From assembly GCF_009914755.1 (NCBI RefSeq), contig NC_060925.1: a stretch of 64,000 bases of DNA, one strand, 5' to 3'. The position numbers and the translations under genes are program-made. The notes below the pieces were generated by a model, which saw nothing but the letters and a program-made list of their open reading frames with translations, made no database searches and was not told the DNA's origin. Shown piece after piece: positions 1 through 15,453 of the stretch. Each line of letters starts with the position of its first letter. The first letter of the stretch is position 1. The stretch is from the human T2T-CHM13v2.0 reference genome, Homo sapiens.

Positions 1-269
1 ACTTTGCAATTTGTGCTCTCTGTCGGACTGGCCTAGCAAACCTTCAATTTTGGTTAAACCCAACTCTTAATCTACTCTGCGCCTGCATCTGAGCAGCTAA
101 ACATAGATGAAGAAAAACACAACTTTGTACTAACTTGTTAGCTTTAAATTTACAAACATACATCTCAAGTGGACCCTCACCATGGCCTGGTAACTCTACT
201 ACCTTTTCCCAGTCCATTTGCTCTCCCATCCCAAGAGGGCTAGTCACAACTTCTCTTCTGCCATAGCCC

Positions 270-1010
270 CTTTCTACTCATTCTCAGCTGATCACTTTGA
301 CTCTGAATTCACTGAGAAAATAGAAACAATCAGAAAAGAATAACTCCGTTTTCCATGAGCAAATCTGGCAAATTGCCTGCCTTTATACCCCACACATTGC
401 CTTCTCACTGCCTTCTCACTATGCAGAGGAAGAGTCCCTGCTCTGGCCTCGGGCCAGCACCACCATGTGTGCACTGGTTGTACTGCTTGTTTCTCACATA
501 AGGCTGTGCTCCTGCAGTTTTCCCCTCTCTTTCTCATGATCTATTTTCCCTTTCTACTACATTCTTCTTGTGTTATTGTTCTTATACAATCCCATCTTTA
601 AATACCTCCTCTTGACTCTATATGTCTTACTGAGTGCCACCAAATCTATGCTGTCATCTATAGGGAAATTTATTTAAAATGTCTGCTTTCAGTGTTTTAC
701 AAGCTTACCTCTCATTCTGTCTTTAATTGACCACTAAGGCTTTTGCCCCCAGTGCTCCAAGGAATTCCCTCTCATCAAGGTCACCAGTGGCTTCCTTATT
801 GCCAAATGCAGTGTTTGCTCTTGAACCTTCAGCTTACTAGACCTCTTAGCAGCAAATGGCAAGGCTGCTCTCCCTTCTTCTCAAAGCACCTTTTTCACTT
901 TGCCCTTAGACCTGACAATCCCATGGTTTTCCTCCAAATCCCTGGCCACTCCCCACAGGTGCTCCCCTCTTTCTGATCTCTAAATTTTGGAGTACTCAGG
1001 TAGTCTCCAC
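270..1010 (+). mobile_element. L2 LINE fragments
   Basis: L2-like blocks ttcactgagaaaatagaaacaatcaga and caaggtcaccagtggcttccttattgccaaat...gacctcttagcagca. Confidence 0.7.
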
Positions 1011-1051
1011 ATGTTCCTTATTCCACTAAGAAAATGGATAAAACTCGATAG

Positions 1052-1414
1052 TGTTAAAGTAAATTTAATGTGGCCCAAAACTGCCTAGGTAGGTAGGGTA
1101 CTTAACCTAATATATAAACAAACCGCAACCTAACCTGAGAGTGTATTCATGTAACAAGTAGCTGAGTCTTGACCAATCATAGCAGCCATGCTTTCAGTCA
1201 ATCGCAGGCTGCAAATTGCCAAAACATGTTCCTGTAAGGCAAATGCCAGCTGTAACCAATCAAGCTATTTTTGTCTCTAAATACTGACAGTCCAATATTT
1301 CTATTGGAGATCTCTAAATCTTTACTAATTCAGGGTGCTGACTTATTCATGAATGGTTTCTTTGCTCAAATAAATTCAACTAAATTTAATTTGTTCAAGG
1401 TTTTACTTTTAACA
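1052..1414 (+). mobile_element. Solo ERV1 LTR, MER57-like
   Basis: TG...CA ends, 4-bp TSD ATAG on both sides, repeated CCAAT boxes, AATAAA near the 3' end. Confidence 0.8.
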
Positions 1415-1609
1415 ATAGAAACATTAAACTCTTACACAAACATCACACGGGATTATGGCTACATCATGGCTCAGTTTGATAGAATTGAAGACCAAAACTA
1501 TCCAATCCAATGCAAATTTTAATTAGTGTATATAACAAATTGGCACTGTGATAAGCACTGGGAATACAGATAGATGGATCAACTTCATTCCCTTCTCTCT
1601 TTTAAGCTG

Positions 1610-1815
1610 ACATGTACTAAGTAATTACTGCGTGCTAGGTACTGTGCTAAGTACTTTCCGTTCATTATCTCATTTAATTTTTACAACTGTCTGAGGTTGG
1701 CACTATTGTTAAGCCCATTTTACAGATGAGGAAACTGAGGTTCAGGAAAATTATATAACCATTTGTGGTTTTAGATCTAGTAAATGGCCTGAATGGGCTT
1801 TGAATCCAGGTATCT
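1610..1815 (-). mobile_element. MIR SINE
   Basis: Core cccattttacagatgaggaaactgagg. Confidence 0.8.
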
Positions 1816-3833
1816 GGCTCTACACATAACCTGAGTCAATCATGAACCATTTTTGACTTGGGAAGGTGGAAATTTTATATGGCCAATCTAATATTAAGTT
1901 GTTCCTTTGGGATAAGGGAACTTGTAGATTGAGGAAGCACCAGGAATGCATTATGCAAAGTATAAATTGAGGGAAATAATAGTAAAACACCATGAGGTGG
2001 TAGTTTTTCATACTGAAGGAAATTTATATGACTTAGTCAAGTAATTGTATTCAAATACAATCAAATAACTGGTTTGTCTACTAATTGCTCAAAGTGTTGA
2101 AGAAAATGGAACACACTATTTGTGTCTGAAGAAGATACTACCTCCCAAATACTTAAATAAACCCACATTTTGATACTTCCTAGATGAAAAAAGATGTATT
2201 TATTTTTGATTTGAGACTTTAGGGTCCTTCAACTCCTAGACTTCAGCTTTTCAGCTGAAGTGTTGATAAAAGGATTAATTTAAAATGCATGTTACCTGCT
2301 AGATAAGCATTAAAAGTCAGAAAAATTGATTATGAGGGATTTTAGAAGTTTAGACATCTAGGGTGAGGTCTTGCAAAAACAATGTTTGTTTTTTAAGCAA
2401 TTCTGACAAAAGAGCCGGTGTAGGAGAACAAAACTATAAACAAGGTTCCCAGGCACCTGGATTTGCCTCTTTTAGCCCACATAAAGATTGCAACTCTTCT
2501 ACCTCAGTAGCCCACTATTCTCCTTTCAATAAATGCTCTGAAAATGCATTTACCCCAGGTTCCCATGACTGATAAATTGAAGCAATCTTTTCCCATGCAG
2601 ATTTGCCCTTTACATCTCAACCTAAGGGAAAAAGAACTTTCAAAATTCTCGGCATCAGAAAGTGGGTAGGAAAGCTATTTCTATGGAAAGTCTAGACCTA
2701 GGAAGAAGTCTTTATACTTGCAGGGTCTTTGTACCTTTGGAAATGAGCCCTGTTTATTTCACGATACTAATGCATCACTAGCATATCTGGTGCTTTATCA
2801 GTTTTCAGTTGCTTTTGCATACGGTCTTTTCTCATGAAAGTTCCATGGAGTTAACCTGAATTATTAGCCCCATTTGGAAGATATGGACATTGAGGCTTTG
2901 AGAGATTAAGTGATCTGGCTTGTGGATATGTGATTAGTGACAATGGCTGGGAGGGCATTTGACGGCCTTGGCTCCAAATCTAGGGCTCTTTCATTGCACC
3001 TACTTGTGGAGTCTGCTGTGGAAGAGGAAGAGCAAATGTTGTTTGTGATTTTGTTACTGGTTAGTACAACCTCTTATTTGCCAGGTCTTGCCTTTTCTGA
3101 TTGCCTGGGGAGACATTTAGAACTTTGATTTCAAAGCCTGCAGAGTTTGGTGAGGGAGGAGTCCTGAATCCTGTGACTAGTATATATAAATTCCTAGCTA
3201 ATTAGGTGAAAGGTCCAGAGGAAAGTAGGGGAAAGGGCATGGAGTCTGATGAGATCTCCCAAACAAAACCAATGAGCACTGGTGTTTTGATGCTTCTCAA
3301 GTTTCACCATTCCAGGAGTTCCTTAGTGTATGTTCAGCTTCTAGGGAGCAAACCTGACAAGCTAATTGGAGTCTCAAGTGGGAATTAAGCATTTGCATGG
3401 GGAGACCTAGTGTGCAGCTGCCCATAGCTCTCAAGGACCTGACCCCGGCATCACTACGTGTCAATCCTTCTTAGTGTCTATTGTCAAGCTTTCATCTTCA
3501 CAGACACTTAAACAGTTAAAAAAAAAAAATCTGTTCTCACAGCCACTTTATGTCAAACAAATAATGTCACAATAATACCCATAACTAACTTCCTTTTCTT
3601 TTTTTGTTTTTGAGCACTAGAAGTTTATTGATAGATAATTATCAAGTATTTGTCCTAGTTCTTATCATATTTTATATTTGCATAACATTTTATCATGTCA
3701 TCACTTTTCTACCTGGCAATATGGCAAACTGTCATAGGCTGTGGAGTGCTTCTTCCAAAATCAAACTGAAAGGCACTTAAAAAAAAGGAAGTATTAATTT
3801 GAAAAACAATTTATAAAAAAATCTGACAGAAAT

Positions 3834-4491
3834 TGTTCCTGGACCAAACCGAAGGTTGGGTTGTTTATTCTTGTGGCCCAATAACGAGATGCTGGTGAAC
3901 TGGGAAAGAAGAGAGTTTATTTCTATAACCAGGTACAGGGAGAAGGCCGGGAAAATATTGCCAGACCAGCTCAAAATTACAAAATTTTCCAGGGCTTATA
4001 TACCTTCTAAGCTATATGTCAACGTGTAAGTGTGCATTCATCTAAAGACATCAGTGATTAACTTCTTCTAATCTATAACTAAGGTCTCAGTCCTAAAGAC
4101 CTTCCTCAGGAGCCTCGTAAATTTACTTAATCTAAATGGGTCCAGGTGCTGGGGTGATTAACCTTATCTCGTCTCCTGCTAAATCATGGAGATTTGGGGA
4201 GTTCCTTCAGACTCCCAATAAACTTGTTTGTGGAGGCCTGGGAAGTTTTTTTCAGACCCCCAATAAAACTTGTTTAATTCTAAACGGGTCCTGTTAAGAA
4301 TTCCTTGGTTATCTTGTAATGCTTCAAGGCCCAGGAGAGGCCTGGGCAAAACTCTTGGTGGGCTTTTGATACAATCTAGCCTTTGTATAAGGGCACTGGC
4401 TTAATCAGCTTTTAATATTTAACTTAACCACTCAGTCAGTACTGAAACAGTTGTTACTGAGACCTGCATTAGTGAGACCTGACTTGCCACA
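3834..4491 (-). mobile_element. Solo ERV1 LTR, PABL_A-like
   Basis: The minus strand begins TGTGGCAAGTCAGGTCTCACTAATGCAGG; TG...CA ends; 4-bp TSD AAAT. Confidence 0.8.
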
Positions 4492-5393
4492 AAATCTCTG
4501 AGGAGTTGGATGTGTAAAGGTCAGAGGCAGAGCTGGGGATAGGAAGGGCTGGAGCCTGAGGTGGAGGATGGCTGGGCGGGGTAGGGGGGTGGCAGTGAGA
4601 GGAGGAACATTGTAAAAGCCCTACCGTGGGGCCTCTTTGATGACAAGAGTTTCGGACTGAGCAATCACACTCTGACAATCACTCCAACAAACCTCCATTT
4701 CCAACCCCCAGATGGGTGTCCCAGCAATAATTTCCTCCTGGTGCTCTTGCCTTCTAGCAGCTTAAATGTGAAACCTTGGTCACAGGAGTCTCCAGGTGAA
4801 GAGGCAGCAAACAGGGATGGTCTTCTGCCATGTCTAGGGCTCTCCACTGTGGGGTTCCTCCCCGTCCCTCACCTTACATATGCCTGGAGGGACATAGGCT
4901 GGGACCAGGCCTTCTGTGCTTCCCCAGAAGCACCAGCCATGACCACCAAGGAACATGAACTCACACACCAACATAATCAGACACCTGGGGATTGGAAAAG
5001 GAAGACAGCACCCTGAACAACAGGCACCACCTGAAACAGACCAAGAATGTAGAATAATCTAGTACATGTACTCAAGGACACAAAGAAAGATTTCCTACTA
5101 TAGTGCACTAAAAAGAAATCATAACTAAGAATTACATGTATAAATACTTAAATATAATGTTGAAATAAAGAATATGCTAAATGAGAAATATTACAGGATG
5201 GATGTAACTAAAAATAATTAATGAGGAGGCATATTTTTAGTGAGGAGGCATATTTGATTGGGGAACTCTCACAAAAAAGGAAAGAGCAAAGAGAGAAAAC
5301 ATTTAGAAAAGTGCTAAGATGTTGGGAGACTAGAAATAAAAGTAGCAAGACTATTTGAATAACGGGATCCCCACATAGGAAAAATTAGAACTA

Positions 5394-5884
<491 letters not shown>

Positions 5885-6429
5885 TCACCTAAAAAGAAAA
5901 AAGTCAGGTGGCATTGTACTACACATCAGCAACACTGGACTCAATTAGACAATGAAGTAATATATTTAAAGAACTGATGAAGATGACACATGAAATTGTC
6001 ATTCAAACATAGGGGCATAACAAATATGTCCTCAGGCACTCAAAGACCCGTAATGGAAACAGAATCGGAGGAAGAAGCTAAATCTCTTTACATTTGTAGA
6101 GAAAAACAAATTCAGGAGGATGCAGTACTAAGTACAGAAAAAGCATAGCTGATCAAATACTTTGGTAAATGTATTGCTGATGCAACAAAGTTCCAACAGA
6201 CAACATCAGTTTATAAAAATCAGTAGGATTTCCTTACATTTGCATTAATCAACTAGAAAATTTGATGAAAAAATGAACCAACAAGAGCAATTCGCAATAA
6301 CAACAAAAACTAGTGTCTAGAAATTATTTTAACCAAGGTTATAAAAGATCTCTATGAAAAACTTTTACAACTTGAACAGATAATATAGAAAAGAATTTTA
6401 CTTATTTATTTTATTTTTTTTGTAGAGAA

Positions 6430-6583
6430 AATAATTTTACTTATTTATTTTATTTTATTTTTTTGTAGGGCAACATATTTTCCTATGTTGTCCAGGCTGG
6501 TCTCGAATTCCTGGGCTAAAGCGATCCTCTCACCTCGGCCTCCTAAAGTGCTGGGACTATAGGCATGAGCCACCATGCCCAGC
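6430..6583 (-). mobile_element. Alu monomer (FLAM-like)
   Basis: Left-arm Alu sequence with a T-rich tail. Confidence 0.8.
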
Positions 6584-6851
6584 TGATTTTAAAATAATAG
6601 AAAAATATTCTGTGCTCTTGGATGACACAATTTACTATTATAAAGGTATTTGTTTTTCCCGAATTAATCCAAAAATTCAATGCAATCCCCATACAAATTC
6701 TAGTTGGATTTTTTGAGGAACTTGAATTATTATTCTGAACTACACTGAAAAGAAATAATAAATATTCAGAAATAACTAAGTTAAAATTGAAAAATAAGAA
6801 TAATGAGGGAGATTTCTTTTACCAGTCACTGTAACTTAGTACAAATCTCTA

Positions 6852-7271
<420 letters not shown>

Positions 7272-7874
7272 TTAATGACAAATATCATACCCCAGGTCAA
7301 TTGGCAGAAAATCAAATGGATTATTTAATACATGATGTAGAGAAAAATAAAATCGAGCTCAAACAAGGAGTTGAGGGTAATTGGGTGTCCATCTTTGGGG
7401 AGAGATGGGTAAAATGTGGTTGGAGATATGACACAAAGTGCTGTGAAATTGTTAGAAAAAGCACATTAAATGTACAAATGATAGCATGGATGCATCTTAA
7501 AGGCAGTGCTAAAGTAATGCAAAGTAACATTTATATAAGTTTAAAATAAAGACCCACAAAACAAAAATATGCGTTTCACAAAAACAGATTAAAAACAAGA
7601 ATAGTTGCCACAGTGGATTCGGGGAGGGAACTGGAAATGGAAAAATAAATAATCATAAAAACATAAATTTTATATCCATGGCTGTATGATTTGATAGTAC
7701 AGTGATAAAACATAAATTTTGTGTGTGCTTATTGGTGTTTCTTTTCCCCTTCCTTTTGAACTCAGGACATGTTTGGTTATGGGGAGACGCGATCTGGAGG
7801 AAAAGTCAAGTATTAAAGCCACTGGACAGAGCACACAGCCTCAGAAATGAAGTGCTTTGTTCAAGTGCACGTAG

Positions 7875-8268
<394 letters not shown>

Positions 8269-9324
8269 TGGAATTCTTAGTAAAAACATCTGGACAGCAA
8301 ACGTGAATTTTTTTCCCACAGAGCAAGTTTCCTTGATTGTTCCCTTCTCAATATAAAGACAAAACTCATTTCAGAAAAATGTAAATAAGCAAACAGAAAA
8401 CACACCATGATTCTGGCACAACCCCCCTTTTTTTTTAATTTGCAAAGTGAGAAACTGACACTAAGTCGAGGAGAAATTTCCTGACCCTGAGTCTTGGAAC
8501 CTTCTTTTTTGGAGGAGACAATTCCAGAAAAATGGTTGTTCTGGAGCTAAAGACTTTAAAACCTGTTTTGTTTTTGTTTTACATTACTTTGGCATCTGCT
8601 GAGTTAAACAGTGACTAGAAAGTCAAGAGAACATCAGAGGCTGTGTGAAGCAGGCAGAAGGGCATGAAGTTTAATGGTGGAAACTGTAGAACCCCAGAGA
8701 GCTGATAGCTAAGGAGAAGTACCTTCTACAAAAATTTAACAAAAGGCGTTTTCTATGAAAGATCAGTAGTACTCCAGCCCTGACCCCCAGGAGGCCTTCG
8801 GGGGCCTCATGAGAGGCCAGCTATAGCTCTAGGTCCAACTCACTGTTTCACAAAAAGAGTTTTCAGAGATTTGAACCTAGACAATTTCAGAACAGGAACA
8901 AACCTTAGAACGAATCTATAAGTCATCCATCTTATAGATTCTGGGAAGATGGTGGTGGCATAGTTTTCAAATCTCTGAATCCCCACATAAAAACAGAAGA
9001 AAACAAAAATTTGCAAATCAATATTTGCAATAAAGCTAAGTGATAGTGTGTCTTGTTAGTAGAAGCCCCGCAAAAAAAGTGGATGAGGATAAACCAACAG
9101 TCATGAGACCTGCAGCAGCATCTGAGAGGGAGGAAGCAGAGGGCAGCAATGATGTGTCTAAGGAATGTGAATCTCTGAATACCCAGAGAACTCACTGGAG
9201 AGCAGGCAGACCGATTCAGCAGCAGTAGCTCAAATCAGAAGTAGTTTTGCCTACCCCAATGCTGATGAGTTTAAGCTCCACTCCCCAACCCCAGATAAGA
9301 TCTCAAGGGCTGGCACAGCATAAA

Positions 9325-9460
9325 CAGTGCTGTGCTGATAACTTGCACAACCTGATTTGTAGTGTTTGCTGATTTCCATGATGTAAACACTCTCATCACG
9401 GTCGATTGCAGGCTACCGACATGAACATGACGCTGGGAAGTGTTATACACAGTTGACTCT
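9325..9460 (+). mobile_element. MER63-like hAT DNA transposon fragment
   Basis: cctgatttgtagtgtttgctgatttccatgatgtaaacactc resembles the MER63 core. Confidence 0.55.
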
Positions 9461-10403
9461 GATTGGAGGCAGCTGTGAACTCTGGGAAGAGCCAGGGCTC
9501 TTTTCCAGGACTGGCTGGACCTTTGGGAGTGAAATAAAAACTGAGCAGGAATAAGGACAACAGCAATGAAGGGAAGAGAAGGTTGATATAAAAAGTGGGG
9601 ATGGAACAGAGCCAGGGCATTTCAGAGAGCAAGCGGCCATGCTTCAGAACACTACCCAAAAAACAAAGAATAGGGAGCTCTCCAAAGTTGGATGAGTTGC
9701 CTCTAACCGCCCCACCTTCTAGAAGTTCAGGAAAGGTAATGTTACATAAAAATGTACCGAGGTAAAATCCCGAGCAAAGTTATTATAAAGCATTTAACTC
9801 CATGGTTTCCAGACTTGTAGCACACGATAATCACTGGAAGCAAAAACGAAAACAGAGAATACTCTTTCTGTGCCATTTATTGTGGATATGAGGCCACACT
9901 CCTGACTACCTACAATAAGTTAAACTGACCTAACCAAAGCCATGACATTGACAGCTGTTGTCTTCAGCAGCCTCCTTCCACCCACTCAACTCGCTGCATC
10001 CTCCTAACTTTCTCCCAGTTTTCTAGAGATTTTCAGCTGCAGGGGTATCATGACAACTAATATTTCAGTGATTAATTTTAGCTGAGTAAAATTTCCTTCC
10101 CCAGTACTTTCATACAATAGCTGTAGTATTGTATGTTTTCATTGTATGACCCTCTAGGAATCACTAATGTGGGGATTTCAAAAAAAGTATAGGCTGGGGT
10201 AATGGGGAAGAAATTTTGGGTCAGAAGAGTTCAACAGTTCCAGTTCTTTGGCAGACTAGAAAGAAGGGCTGTTCATGTCCTTAGGAGGGGCAAGAACCGG
10301 GGACCCTTTGGGAATTGCAGTAGCACTTATTCAAGAACCATCTGCTTTGGGTGTGCACTCGGTAACTCAGGTTCAAAAACATTTGATTTTCAAGATTCAA
10401 ATT

Positions 10404-10550
10404 CCTGGGTGTGGTAGCATACGACTATAATCCCAACTACACCAGAGGCTGATGTAGGAATATCCCTTAAACCCAGGAGTTCAAGACCAGTCTCGAAACC
10501 ATTGTGAGATCCTCCTGTCTCATTAAACAAATAAACAAACAAAACAACTA
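10404..10550 (+). mobile_element. Alu monomer (FLAM) within an old MaLR-like LTR
   Basis: Monomer sequence followed by an (AAAC)-rich tail. Confidence 0.65.
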
Positions 10551-11029
10551 AGAAAGTCACACACACAAAATTAAAATTCCTAAGAATGAAACTTTAATTG
10601 GTCTGTTTTGGGTCCCATGTCCATTCTCTTGGTGTATAAGTGGGATTTTATAATCAACAGCTCTGGACTACATGGAATTTCTCAAGAAGGGAAGCAAAAA
10701 AGCAAAATTATACAAGATGTCCACTGGAGGCATTTGTCTAAATTTGCCTGGTTCCAGTCAGCCTGATTAGGTAACTTGATGCATTTTGTTGAATGAAATC
10801 TAATGAGTAACTCAAGAAATTAAAATCGACCTGATGTGGCTGGTTCTCACGTGGCTTCTGTTCCATGCCACACTATCCCCGACACTGGACTTGGCACTTC
10901 TTTGCGTTGACTTTACAAAATCCTTTCACGCCCCACATCATTGATTAAAGATTTTGTGTTGAGACAGAGAAAATGATGATATTGTATGCCACAGAGCAAA
11001 CAAACTCAACCAAACTCAAATCCTATTAA

Positions 11030-11438
11030 GAAACTACCCCAATGCCCATCAACAATAGAATGAACAATTTAGTATATATTTCCAGAATGAAATATGACAT
11101 AGCATGAAAATAAATGCTCTAGAATGATGCAATGACATGGATGATGTCACAAACAATATTGTCGGACAAAAATGAGTATATGTTATATGATTCCATGTAT
11201 ATGAAAACAGGCAAAGCGAGTCCACGTTGTGCTGAGTCAGGATAGTGGTTGCCTCCTCGGGGGGAAGGATCAAGAGTGGAAATGGGCACAAAGGCAGCTT
11301 CTGGGGTGCTGTCCAGGTTCTGCTTCTTGATCTGGGTCTGGTTCCATGGCTGTGTCCTGTCTGTGAAAATTCATTCAGGTGTGTACTTACGATATGTGCA
11401 CATTTCTGTTCGTGTATGATATACTCAATAAAAAGTTA
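11030..11438 (+). mobile_element. Old L1M 3' end
   Basis: aatgcccatcaacaatagaatg...tatgattcca...caataaaaag. Confidence 0.65.
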
Positions 11439-11949
11439 AAGCAACTTTGACAGTCCTTCTCTTCCCACAGTGCCTCCTTGGTGGTCAGGCCAATCAGGGA
11501 TGCTTCTGCTGTCAGCTGTTAGCTGCATCCCCACTGCACCCCTCATGCTCAGGGGTCCTGCTTTAAACGTGTGCGCATCTCTGCTCTGTACAGCTCCCTG
11601 GAAGTTGCAGTCTTCTACTGTAACTGCTTCTCTCTTGGGGGTCAGCCCTGCCTGGCCTTCTGGCTTCCCTGGTTCTTCCACGGTTCTTGTAAATGAAATG
11701 TCCTTCATCTCATGATGTTTTCAACCTGAGGAAAGTATTTGAAAATATTTACAATTTTGGATTCAAAAATTCTCTCCCTATGGGATAGATTAGGAGAAGA
11801 GATCTAGTAGTCCACTGACTTACAGTACAAACATATTTCTTCATCTTCCTTCTCTCAAGGAAGTTACATGCTAAGTACTAGGGGTGCTAGTCTAGTGATC
11901 GACCTTGTGATATTTGTGCTCATGAAGTTGCCCTCAGGTCTTTCCTGTA

Positions 11950-12258
11950 TCCTCTCAGTTCCTGCTGTTTTCAGTACCTGCTGCTGGTGGATAAACACTG
12001 CAGCCCCCAGCCCTCAGGTAATACTCTGACGCGTGTGTATTGTGTGGGAGTCTTGAATTCCCAGAGGGATGAAAGCTCAAGCAGTCCACAGTTCATAATT
12101 TATTAACACATCTTTTCTTAGCTGCCTCTCTTCACTATGGCAATTTCCCCTTCCCCTGCAGCCCTGCAGGCATTTCCTAGGATCAGCTCCCAAAGAGACC
12201 AGCTCCACATGAATTCCTGCCTCAGAGTCTGAGCCTGGGGGAACTCAAAACCAAGGCA
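11950..12258 (+). mobile_element. ERVL LTR16-like fragment
   Basis: 3' end cctcagagtctg...gggaactcaaaaccaaggca. Confidence 0.45.
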
Positions 12259-12337
12259 GTGATCTGCCTTTCCCATAAACATACACATGTGCCTGTGTGC
12301 ACAGGTACACATGCACACACAATGAATTTTATTGGTG

Positions 12338-12870
12338 CGTGGCAGACATACCTTAACGTTACCCCCAGTGAGTCATGCCCTTTGTTTAATTCTCTCCCCT
12401 TGAGAGTGGAAGGAACCTGTGACTTATCTGTAGCCAAGCGAATATAAGATGATTACTCCTGTGACTGTGTTCCATTACAGCAGACTAGAGAGAGAGATTC
12501 TCTCCAGTTTTGAAGAACACGGCTACTATGTTTGAACTGTCTATGGGGTTTACAGGATGAGAACTGTGGCTGGCCTCTAGGAGTAGGGTCTAGTTTCTAG
12601 CCAACAGCCAGTGAGAAATAGGGGCCTCTGTCCCACAACCACCAGGAGATAAATTCTGTCAAAACCCAAGTCTGGAGCGGATTCTTAAAGCCTCTGATGA
12701 AAACACAGCCCTGCTGACACCCTGACAGCAGCTTTACATGACCTCAGACAAGAGGACCCAGCTAGGTCATGTGTACACTTTGGATGCACAGAAATTCAGA
12801 GATAACAAATGTGCGTTGCTTGAAGCTGCTAAGTTTGTGGTAATTTATTACGCAACATAGAAAACTGTTC
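12338..12870 (+). mobile_element. MLT1 (MaLR) LTR
   Basis: Typical 3' end gctaagtttgtggtaatttattacgcaacatagaaaact. Confidence 0.75.
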
Positions 12871-12954
12871 TCTATGGGAACTTCTGACCAGAGTTGGAGC
12901 ATTATTTCTTTCCACTCTAGGAATTTGTTGGCAGGGATCTGACCTCAAGGTGCC

Positions 12955-13140
12955 TTTCTTTCTTTCTTTTCTTTCTTTCTTTCTTTCCTTTCCTTCCTTC
13001 CTTCTTTTCTTCCTTCCTTCTTCTTTCTCTTTCTTTCTTCCTTCCTTCCTTCCTTTTTCTTTCTTTCCTTCTTTCTTTCTTTCTTTATTCTTTCTTTCTT
13101 TCTTTCTCCTTCCTTCCTTCCTTCCTTTCTTCTTTCTTTC
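12955..13140. repeat. (CTTT/CCTT)n polypyrimidine tract forming the tail of an adjacent FLAM
   Basis: About 185 nt of almost pure C/T. Confidence 0.95.
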
Positions 13141-13287
13141 GAGATAGGACCTCACTCTGTTGCTCAGGCTGGCGTGTAGTGGCATGATCATAGCTCACTG
13201 CAGCCTTGAACTCCTGTACTCCAGCAATCCTCCTGCCTTGGCCTCCCAAGAAGCTGGGACTACAGGTGCCAGCCACCAGGCCCAGCC
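13140..13287 (-). mobile_element. Alu monomer (FLAM)
   Basis: gagataggacctcactctgttgctcaggctgg...ccaggcccagcc. Confidence 0.85.
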
Positions 13288-13967
13288 CACTTTGCTCTTT
13301 GGTTTGTTTTGAGAACAGCCAATATTGCCACCCTTTCTTGTTCCTCCTGAATGATTTTTACTGAAAGTAAATTTTAGGATGGCCCAACAATTCTCTGTTG
13401 AATACGTATTTCTTCAATAATGCTTCTCCATCATTGCTTCTGCAGGGCTTGCCAACACAGCCTGATTTTTCCAACGTCAGGACCAGGTCAAGGCTCACAG
13501 GACCTTGTTCCATGGCTCATTTCAAAAGTCTGTGGGGTAAAGTTCTGTCCTTCCTGAACATGAGTGTCATATATTTAACTTATGAATTTATGCAATCTTC
13601 TAAAATGCTATAAAGCCGAAGCTCTCTCTTACTCTGCTATGAGAAATTTACCAGCATTATTTGGCAGCTCTGCCTATTTCCAAACACAGTTTTACAGGCT
13701 TCCAAGAACTTCCCTGCAGCTGTGGAGGCATTTTCTGGAGTGAAACCACATTAGCCTCCTCTTGTTCTTCCTTTCTGATATCTGTACTCTTTCCAGTCAA
13801 GATTCAAATATTTCTTCCTAGAGAGAGTGATGGGGGAAGCTTCTTCTGGCATCTCAGCATTTCAATTTGGCTAAGTAGAGCTGCTCCCTGGCTGTCCCAC
13901 ACCCCAGCCCTCATCTCTGTTGGCTGTTCCCAGCTTGGGCAATAGGCAGGCTTGCGTAACCCAGGCC

Positions 13968-14289
13968 AGGGTTGGGCCTCCATATCAGCAGGCTCCACAT
14001 CTGCAGATTCAACCAAATGTGATAGAAAATATTGAATATTAGATTATTAATAAAAATAACAATATAGCAATAAAAGTTAATACAAACAAAAACAATACAG
14101 CATAACGATTATTTACATTGTGTTAGGTATTATAAGTAATCTAGAGATGATTTAAAGCATTTGGGAGAATGTAAGAAGGTTATATGCAAATACTACACCA
14201 TTTTATGTAAGGGACTCAGGTATCTGAGGATTTCGGTGTCTGATAAGTGTCCTGGAACTAATCACCCACAGGATACTGGGGGATGACTG
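13968..14289 (-). mobile_element. MER2 (TcMar-Tigger) DNA transposon
   Basis: aggtattataagtaatctagagatgatttaaag...ttatatgcaaatactacacc; the right end ...atgactg is followed by TA. Confidence 0.8.
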
Positions 14290-15453
14290 TACTGAATTCT
14301 CTCATGCCTCAAAAAGATTAGTCTTTTGAGAAATTTAGACAAAGTTAGGATCTTTAAAAATCACTTTCTGGTTATTTCCCTTCTCTATTATCACACTGGA
14401 AGTCAGAAAAATTAATATCCTATTAAAGCTGTAGTCACTTTGTCTTCTCCTGTGAATAGTTTTTCAAACTATGTTATATTTGCCCTCATTTTAAAAAAGT
14501 CTGCAAGTAGGATCCTTTCAAACTCTGGCTCATCACAGTCCATGGGTATTCCTAATATCAAGCATCCACACCACCCACGAACCCTTCACAGGAGCGGGCT
14601 GCTCTCTCTAGTGCTGGACTACTGCTGCTGTCACTCTTGATTCTGATTATCGGAGTCTGGTCAGGTACATTCACTTGATGGCTTTGTTCACTGACACAGG
14701 AGGGAGACATCTTGTCAAGGTGTTTCCATGCTTGGGATCTAAGCCCATCGCCCCTTCAGGTCCCCCTCTCACGCTCAGCCAGTATTCCCTGAAGCCCAGC
14801 CATTGGGCTGGGAGAGCTTGTTCCCAGTAGTTTGCAGAATCAGCCATGGGCTGAGCTGACGGCACCATACCCTCCCATTCTACAGAGCGCAGAGTGCTTC
14901 TCCTGCTCTGGAGCTGCTTAGGCAGATGATCCATCTCTCCCTGTGACAACTTTGTTTACTGTGACTCTCAGGAAATTTTAATCAAGCCTCAAAACTTTCT
15001 GTTAAATCCTTATCCCGGGACAATGACTGCCTGGGACAATACCTAGTTGCCATTGATTGACAGCAGCCATTCAAATGTGTTATTTCTTGAAAGGGCAGAC
15101 TCACTACATGGGTCTAGGGACACATGTCACTGTGCTCCTAATTTAATACCTGTGTTGACACACAATTTCATGTCATCTGTTCCACAATCATAAAAAAGTC
15201 ATTCCCCCCATGCCCCCACCCTCCATTTTTTAGGTGGGAAAACAGCCTCAAAGAGGTTAGTGAGCTGTTTAAAGTCACAGAGCTATTAGTTGCCAGGCCT
15301 GGGATTGTAACCCGAGTGCATATGACAACAAAAATCCATGCTTTTTCCTTGTCCTCTGACATAAAGAAAGAGAATATAAAGACTTGCCTCATGAACCTAA
15401 ACACCTGAAACTGGAGCCTGTGCACCCCTTGTGCTCTGTAGAAATATGTTGGG

